A DNA stretch of 63,377 bases, counting the filler, from Candidatus Woesearchaeota archaeon (GTDB lineage Archaea > Nanobdellota > Nanobdellia > Woesearchaeales > WJIZ01): the NCBI GenBank assembly GCA_018221205.1. It is 4 parts of 4 records of this genome, joined end to end, with 100 filler letters (N's around TTAATTAATTAA, not from the genome) between each part and the next. Parts side by side here need not be neighbours in the genome. Positions count along the whole stretch, not along the records: positions 57,663 to 63,377 come from JAAOYF010000032.1; 3 more parts are not named here. One strand, 5' to 3'. The translations under genes and the position numbers were made by a program. The notes below the pieces were generated by a model that was not told the DNA's origin, did no database searches, and saw nothing but the letters and a program-made list of their open reading frames with translations. Shown piece after piece: positions 57,563 through 63,377 of the stretch. Each line of letters starts with the position of its first letter. Position 1 is the stretch's first letter.

Positions 57563-57662
57563 NNNNNNNNNNNNNNNNNNNNNNNNNNNNNNNNNNNNNN
57601 NNNNNNTTAATTAATTAANNNNNNNNNNNNNNNNNNNNNNNNNNNNNNNNNNNNNNNNNNNN
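57563..57662. other. Artificial contig spacer
   Basis: N run with TTAATTAATTAA. Confidence 0.98.
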
Positions 57663-57663
57663 G

Positions 57664-58365
57664 ACCTATTTCCATCTGACAAATATCTCAGACATCCATT
57701 TCATCGAATCTTTTCCAAAAGAATTTGTCCTCAAGCCGAATAGGGGTTTCGGCGGAAATGGCATCATGATCCTCCATAAAGAAGGAGATTCCTTTACCAC
57801 CCTTACTGGAGAGGTCAGCAGCCTGCATGCGATCAAGATGCATATCGAGAAGATCCTTGACGGCCAGTTCGCAGAGTATGCTGAGGACGATTCTGTCCTT
57901 GTTGAAGAGCGCATCAATCCTTCAAAAAAGCTGATGTTCAAAGGCATTGTGGGTGTGCCTGATATCAGGATAGTATGCATCAATGCAAAAGCAGCATTCT
58001 GCATGATCCGTCTGCCAACGCTGATATCAGGAGGTAAGGCAAATCTCTCTTCAGGGGCCATAGGTCTTGCTGTAGATATCTCAACAGGCACGATGTACAA
58101 AGCATACTCAAAATTCGCCAAGAAGTATATCTCATTGAAGGCATTAGGCATATCAAATGGTCAGAAACTGCCTAAATGGAAAAAGATTATGAAACTCGCA
58201 GAATACGTCGCCTATTACTCAGAATTAAGGTTTACAGGCATCGATATTGTCCTGGATAAAAATGAGAATCTTCTTGTTTTCGAAGCCAATGGATATCCTG
58301 GACTGGAGATCCAGAACGTGACCGGATGCTCCATCACCGAATGGATTGCTCATGCCTTCAACTAA
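57664..58365 (+). CDS. ATP-grasp ligase (RimK-related / alpha-L-glutamate ligase-like), 5'-truncated
   Basis: Frame open from the contig edge: FVLKPNRGFGGNGI, PDIRI, RLPT..SGGKANL, GIDIVLD, EANGYPGLEIQ. Confidence 0.85.
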   Translation, partial: TYFHLTNISDIHFIESFPKEFVLKPNRGFGGNGIMILHKEGDSFTTLTGEVSSLHAIKMHIEKILDGQFAEYAEDDSVLVEERINPSKKLMFKGIVGVPDIRIVCINAKAAFCMIRLPTLISGGKANLSSGAIGLAVDISTGTMYKAYSKFAKKYISLKALGISNGQKLPKWKKIMKLAEYVAYYSELRFTGIDIVLDKNENLLVFEANGYPGLEIQNVTGCSITEWIAHAFN

Positions 58366-58408
58366 AATTTTATATAGGGCTTATCTCTCCTTTGGTGAAG
58401 GTGATATC

Positions 58409-58954
58409 ATGAGTTTGATGCAATCTGATCCAAAGACATTAGAAAAAGGGAGCCCTGCTCCAGAATTCTCTTTAGAGAACACTGATGGAAAAACAGTCCC
58501 CTTATCGGATTTTAAAGGAAAGCCGGTAGTGATCATCTTCATGTGCAATCATTGCCCTTATGTCAAGCCAAAGATGGATGAGATAGCTGCCATACAGAAT
58601 GATTATGATGATAAAGCAGCAGTCATCTGCATCAATCCAAATGATCCTGATTATGATCCAGATGATTCTCCAGAACAGATGAAAAAGATCGCAGCGAAAT
58701 ACGGCTACAGATACTATCTGTTTGATGAGACCCAAGAGACTGCAAGATCATATGGCGCTACCTGCACTCCAGATCCGTTTGTCTTCGATAAGGACCATAA
58801 ACTCGTTTTCCACGGCCGTATCAATGATGCCATGAATCCTGATGACAAGCCGACAAAGGCTGTCATAAGAGAGGTCTTGGATAAGACGCTCAAAGGAGAG
58901 GATATCGAAGAATGGTTCCAGCCGAGCATGGGCTGCAGTATCAAATGGAAGTAG
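58409..58954 (+). CDS. Thioredoxin-family (AhpC/TSA-like) protein
   Basis: FMCNHCPYV, INPND, GATCTPD, GRIND, SMGCSIKW. Confidence 0.92.
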   Translation: MSLMQSDPKTLEKGSPAPEFSLENTDGKTVPLSDFKGKPVVIIFMCNHCPYVKPKMDEIAAIQNDYDDKAAVICINPNDPDYDPDDSPEQMKKIAAKYGYRYYLFDETQETARSYGATCTPDPFVFDKDHKLVFHGRINDAMNPDDKPTKAVIREVLDKTLKGEDIEEWFQPSMGCSIKWK

Positions 58955-58995
58955 TACCAAAAGTTTAAATACCTTCTCGACTGCAACATGCTAAA

Positions 58996-59658
58996 ATGAG
59001 ACACAAAACCCTTACTCTAGGAATAATTTCACTATTGATTCTCTCAGCCTTTGTTTTTGCTGCAGGGACAAGTACAGAGACAGAAACACCAGAAGAGACT
59101 TCTACGCCGCCAGGAACACCTCCTGCTCCACCCATAGACGTTCCGGACAAGAATACCCGGTCAGAAGGCTTCGGCTATGAAGAAAAATCAGAAGAATTCA
59201 AATCAGATTGTGATAATAAGATAACTCTGCCGTTAAGGATCCGATGCAGGCTTGAAAACAAAGTAGAAGGTGAGGGTACACCAGAAGCATGTGCCTCGGC
59301 CAAGAACCCCGAAGCATGTGCACAACTGTACAAGAACAGTGAATCTTGTTACATGAACAAAGGAAAGGCAAAAGATGCATGCTTCAGAAGAATGGCTGGC
59401 TTTGCCCGATCCAATCTTGCTGAGCAAGGAGCCCATGATAAAGAAGCAGTAAGAAATTATCTTGTTCTGCTTCTCTACGACTTGCAAGAGAGAGTAGAAA
59501 AAGCCTACGAAGGAGAGAAACTCGAGTCTGATAAAGCAGCTGGATTGATAAGTCAGATTGTACAGATCAAACAGGCTGTATTGAAAGAGACGTCTTCTTC
59601 AGAGATCAAACTGCTCATGAGCAGATTCAAAGACCAATACAAAGGTGAGATGCAATGA
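58996..59658 (+). CDS. Secreted hypothetical protein (Pro/Thr linker, Cys-containing helical domain)
   Basis: Signal peptide; RIRCRL and PEAC repeats. Confidence 0.75.
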   Translation: MRHKTLTLGIISLLILSAFVFAAGTSTETETPEETSTPPGTPPAPPIDVPDKNTRSEGFGYEEKSEEFKSDCDNKITLPLRIRCRLENKVEGEGTPEACASAKNPEACAQLYKNSESCYMNKGKAKDACFRRMAGFARSNLAEQGAHDKEAVRNYLVLLLYDLQERVEKAYEGEKLESDKAAGLISQIVQIKQAVLKETSSSEIKLLMSRFKDQYKGEMQ

Positions 59659-59843
59659 GACATATAATCGCAGCACTATTCCTGATGGTCCTTCTGATAG
59701 GATGCCAAGCACCAGAAGAAGTGATGGAAGAGCCGACAGTCGAAGAGCCTGTTGAACCAGAGCCTGAAGCAGAAGCAGCTGATCTACAGACTGATGATGA
59801 TGTCTTCGATACCATAGATGAAGCCTTGGATGCTTTAGGATAA
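59655..59843 (+). CDS. Small acidic lipoprotein
   Basis: Lipobox LIGC; E/P-rich; start overlaps the upstream stop. Confidence 0.7.
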   Translation: MRHIIAALFLMVLLIGCQAPEEVMEEPTVEEPVEPEPEAEAADLQTDDDVFDTIDEALDALG

Positions 59844-59874
59844 GGTTTTTAAGACAGAGTAGAATTCTCTCCTT

Positions 59875-60786
59875 ATGGATAGTGGTTCACAGCTATTGGT
59901 AAGGGTCCATAATCTTGAGCTAGGGGGCACTCCGAATCATGAAAGGGACTGTGATATTCTTGAAGAGACCCTTAGAGGAGCTGATGGGAAAAATGCACTT
60001 GCCCAGCTTGCGCTTGCTAGGCTTGCTATGCTCACCCAGAAGGAGTATGGAAGAAACAACATAGATCAATTGCTCGGAGCAATTGGAGCAGCCGTATCAG
60101 GAGATCTTCCTTCTGGCTATCGCAATGATGCACTAATATTGGAAGGTAAAGCTTTTTTTCTCGCTGCAGGATCATATCGTCCTAACAACCTATTAGATGC
60201 ATACGATGCAATCGATGACGCAGTCGCCGCTTTCGAGCAAGTATCACAGAAGAGTCCCGGTACTCAATTCCTATTTGGCACTGCTCTCTATGATCTAGGC
60301 CAGTTTATGCTATGGCAAAGTGAAGATGCTAAGCAGTCATTTCAGCGGGCTTATGAAGTGCTAGAAGAAGCTCGCACTGCATCAACTCGACCAAAAGATT
60401 TAGCAAGAATACATCATCTGCTTGCATGTGTTATAATGAGTTCACAATTGGTCGGCCTTGAAGGAGATCTCGGTTTGGCGAACAATTATGCTACTGATGC
60501 AGTGTACAGCACCGCAACAGGTCCAAGATTGATCACTCTGGCAGACACGTTGAGACTCCAAGAGGATAAGAAGCAGGCAAAGCGATTATATAGCGAAGCG
60601 CTTTCTGCGATAAGTGAAAACAGCCCATATAGAAGATTATGCCAACGAGTAAGAGTCTTGCTTGGTTCAAAAGAAGTAGGATTCCGATATACTGTTGATG
60701 AAGGATCGCTGAGGAGAGATTACGATACATTAAGCGAGAAAGATGGTCAAGTGGAATTCATAGAGAAGAACTTTGTCCCTACTTGA
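59875..60786 (+). CDS. TPR-like helical-repeat hypothetical protein
   Basis: Ala/Leu-rich helical repeats (LGQ..AKQSFQRA, LADTL..AKRLYSEAL). Confidence 0.6.
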   Translation: MDSGSQLLVRVHNLELGGTPNHERDCDILEETLRGADGKNALAQLALARLAMLTQKEYGRNNIDQLLGAIGAAVSGDLPSGYRNDALILEGKAFFLAAGSYRPNNLLDAYDAIDDAVAAFEQVSQKSPGTQFLFGTALYDLGQFMLWQSEDAKQSFQRAYEVLEEARTASTRPKDLARIHHLLACVIMSSQLVGLEGDLGLANNYATDAVYSTATGPRLITLADTLRLQEDKKQAKRLYSEALSAISENSPYRRLCQRVRVLLGSKEVGFRYTVDEGSLRRDYDTLSEKDGQVEFIEKNFVPT

Positions 60787-61159
60787 TTTGGATATACTTG
60801 CTGCAGACATCACATTTTTTTGGTACAGCAGCATCATGTTTTCGATGTGCCTTGCAGAGTGTCTCAGATCCTCTGAAGAGAACAGAAAGCTCATACATAT
60901 ATTTCGAAGCATTCTTACTGTCCTTCACCATCTTATCAGCGCATTTCTTGATGTTCTTGAGTTCAGGAGAAGTAAATTTCACTTGCTTTGCTCGTTTAGA
61001 GCTCCGATATTGAGAAACTGCAGATTCGGTGATATCAAGGATAGAAGCAGCCTCTTTCTGGCTCAATTTGTGATCGTTGATAAAGCAACTGACGAGCTCC
61101 CTTCTTAAAGCAGGTATCAAGTACCACACTTCAATCTCCTGAGGCATAGACAAGGTCAT
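60779..61159 (-). CDS. Archaeal HTH transcriptional regulator (COG2522-like) with Cys/His tail
   Basis: PQEIEVWYLIPALRREL, SQKEAASILDITESAVSQY, LCKAH..CDVC; divergent from sufB. Confidence 0.85.
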   Translation of the reverse strand: MTLSMPQEIEVWYLIPALRRELVSCFINDHKLSQKEAASILDITESAVSQYRSSKRAKQVKFTSPELKNIKKCADKMVKDSKNASKYMYELSVLFRGSETLCKAHRKHDAAVPKKCDVCSKYIQIK

Positions 61160-61246
61160 AGACTTAACAGGGGTAAAGCAGTATATAAAACTTTATCCCT
61201 TAATACAGCAAAACCTTTATAAAAGCACTCTTAACTATCGTTAAGT

Positions 61247-62662
61247 ATGGCAGATGCAGTAGAGATGGAATCCTTTGAGATCAATAGAGAGAACTATGAC
61301 CATCATAATGAAGAGAAACTAGCATATAAAGCCAAACCTGGAATAGATGAAGAACTCGTAAAAGAGATCTCCAAACAGAAAAAAGAGCCCGGATGGATGC
61401 TCAAGAAAAGATTAGAAGGTTTTAGGACATTCCTCAAGCTCAACATGCCTAATTGGGGTCCTTCATTAGAAAGACTCGATCTCAATAAGATATACTTCTT
61501 CATGCGGCCTGACGCCAAGAAGAACGCTGACAATTGGGAAGACGTCCCAGAAGACATCAAGAAGACCTATGAGAGGCTAGGCATTCCTGAAGCAGAGAAG
61601 AATAGCTTAGGAGGAGTAGGTGCCCAGTATGAATCTGAAGTCATCTACCATAGCATCAAGAAAGAGCTGGCAAAGAAAGGTGTTGTGTTCGTCGATATGG
61701 ATGAAGCAGTGAAGAAATATCCTGATCTCGTAAAGAAATATTTCATGACCTCTTGTGTTCCTATTGGCCTGCATAAATTCTCAGCTTTGCATGCAGCAGT
61801 ATGGTCTGGAGGCACCTTCATCTATGTGCCGAAAGGAGTGAAAGTCGATCTGCCGTTGCAGGCATATTTCAGGATGAATGCACGGGCAGGGGGACAGTTT
61901 GAGCATACATTGATAATCGTCGATGAAGGAGCAGAAGTTCAGTATATCGAAGGCTGTTCAGCTCCTTTATACACTGAAAGCGCTTTGCATGCAGGCTGTG
62001 TCGAGATCCATGTCCTGAAAGGCGCACGGACACGATATTCCAGCATCGAGAACTGGAGCAAGAATACCTTCAACCTCAACACAAAGCGTGCTGTTGTCGA
62101 GGAAGATGGTGTTATAGAATGGATAAACGGCAACATGGGTTCTGCTGTTACCATGCTGTATCCTGCTTCAGTCTTGAAAGGAGACCGTTCAAAAGCCGAT
62201 TTCATCGGTATAGCATTTGCAGGAAAAGACCAGAATCAAGATACTGGATCCAAGATTATCCATATCGGAAAAGATACCTCTTCAACAATAACATCAAAAT
62301 CCATAAGCAAAGCCGGCGGCATAACCTCATACAGAGGACTATTGAGTGTCAAGAAAGGCGCGACTAATGCCTCCTGCAATGTTGAATGCGATGCATTGAT
62401 GATGGACAATGAATCCCAATCAAATACCTATCCCTACATGGATGTGAAAGATAATACCGTAGATGTCGCCCATGAAGCCTCTGTGGGAAAGATAAATGAT
62501 GAGCAGATCTTCTACCTGATGAGCCGTGGTCTAGATGAAGAATCAGCCACAAAGATGATTGTCTCTGGCTTTGTCGAGCCCATAGTGAAAGAGCTTCCTT
62601 TAGAATATGCTGTCGAATTGAACAGGTTGATTGAATTGGAGATGGAAGGCTCGCTGGGGTAA
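61247..62662 (+). CDS. sufB: Fe-S cluster assembly protein SufB
   Basis: GAQYESE, AVWSGG, QFEHTLI, YIEGCSAP, HEASVGKI, YLMSRG, LEMEGSLG. Confidence 0.97.
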   Translation: MADAVEMESFEINRENYDHHNEEKLAYKAKPGIDEELVKEISKQKKEPGWMLKKRLEGFRTFLKLNMPNWGPSLERLDLNKIYFFMRPDAKKNADNWEDVPEDIKKTYERLGIPEAEKNSLGGVGAQYESEVIYHSIKKELAKKGVVFVDMDEAVKKYPDLVKKYFMTSCVPIGLHKFSALHAAVWSGGTFIYVPKGVKVDLPLQAYFRMNARAGGQFEHTLIIVDEGAEVQYIEGCSAPLYTESALHAGCVEIHVLKGARTRYSSIENWSKNTFNLNTKRAVVEEDGVIEWINGNMGSAVTMLYPASVLKGDRSKADFIGIAFAGKDQNQDTGSKIIHIGKDTSSTITSKSISKAGGITSYRGLLSVKKGATNASCNVECDALMMDNESQSNTYPYMDVKDNTVDVAHEASVGKINDEQIFYLMSRGLDEESATKMIVSGFVEPIVKELPLEYAVELNRLIELEMEGSLG

Positions 62663-62664
62663 AG

Positions 62665-63377
62665 ATGGGGTGGTTTACAGATTATCAGAAAGAGAATCTT
62701 GAACAGTCGAAAAAAGCAGCTTTGCCCTCGACAAGATATGGTCTTTCTATTTTCATCAAACCAGAATTTGATTTCTCGACACTCTCTGCTAAAGAGAAGG
62801 CTGACGTTAAGGTCGAGACAAAGAATGCAGGGGATATTGAAATAGGTATAGGCACTCCTGACGATTGGAAACCCTTTCTGACAGAAGAATGGAGAACAGA
62901 AGAGGATGATCATAAGCTCTACTATCTTCATCAGGCACATATGAATGATCATTTATTTATCAAGATCCCTAAAGGGAAGATAGTTGAGGATCCTATCGAG
63001 ATAAATCAAGAGATGGACGATTCTACAATCTTTTCTTCAATAATGATACTCGCAGAAGAGAACAGCCAAGCGAAAATTCTTCTGACCCGGACAGGCAAAG
63101 AAAAGAAAGCCTATATCAGCGACGATATCAGGATTCTCGCAAAAAAAGGGAGCCGGCTTGACTTTGTTTCCATCCAGGATCTGCCGAAAGGCAACGCGAC
63201 CATGCAGAAACGGACAGCACTGGTAAAGAAAGATGCGCATGTCGATTGGATCGACTGTGTGCTAGGCTCTGTCTATACAAAATCCAATAATGTCAACAAA
63301 CTCATAGAAGAAGGAGCGACCGGCAACATCAGGGTTATCTTTTCAGGAAATGACAAGCAAAAGTATGATCTCTATAC
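62665..63377 (+). CDS. sufD: SufD-like Fe-S assembly protein (3'-truncated by window edge)
   Basis: Frame MGWFTDYQKENLEQ... is open to the window end directly after sufB, with beta-helix-like ILAEENSQAKI, VKKDAHVDWIDCVLGS. Confidence 0.75.
   Translation, partial: MGWFTDYQKENLEQSKKAALPSTRYGLSIFIKPEFDFSTLSAKEKADVKVETKNAGDIEIGIGTPDDWKPFLTEEWRTEEDDHKLYYLHQAHMNDHLFIKIPKGKIVEDPIEINQEMDDSTIFSSIMILAEENSQAKILLTRTGKEKKAYISDDIRILAKKGSRLDFVSIQDLPKGNATMQKRTALVKKDAHVDWIDCVLGSVYTKSNNVNKLIEEGATGNIRVIFSGNDKQKYDLY

Overview
Archaeal genomic DNA, most consistent with a DPANN archaeon, probably Woesearchaeota. The basis is archaeal-type uS15, proteasome beta, aCPSF1, fibrillarin/Nop5, type II Map and SecDF, together with bacterial-type MEP isoprenoid genes (dxr, fused ispDF, ispE). 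The window is four contigs joined by 100-nt N spacers containing TTAATTAATTAA (13607-13706, 36395-36494, 57563-57662), so adjacency across spacers is not evidence of linkage. Most genes are housekeeping, transport or Cys-rich surface proteins. No rRNA, intact tRNA, CRISPR array, integrase or transposase was recognised. Main leads: (1) a translationally coupled pair of paralogous, motif-degenerate GHKL/MORC-like proteins with repeated MerR-like HTH modules, one ending in a sigma70 region-4-like HTH; (2) at least two families of intergenic multi-stem elements with compensatory base changes between copies; (3) two 14-bp direct repeats resembling a tRNA-Ala 3' end that delimit AT-rich cassettes; (4) an in-frame amber stop separating a Cys-rich secreted protein from its C-terminal amphipathic tail; (5) a structured leader upstream of the uS15 gene. 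All calls come from reading motifs by eye; no searches were run.
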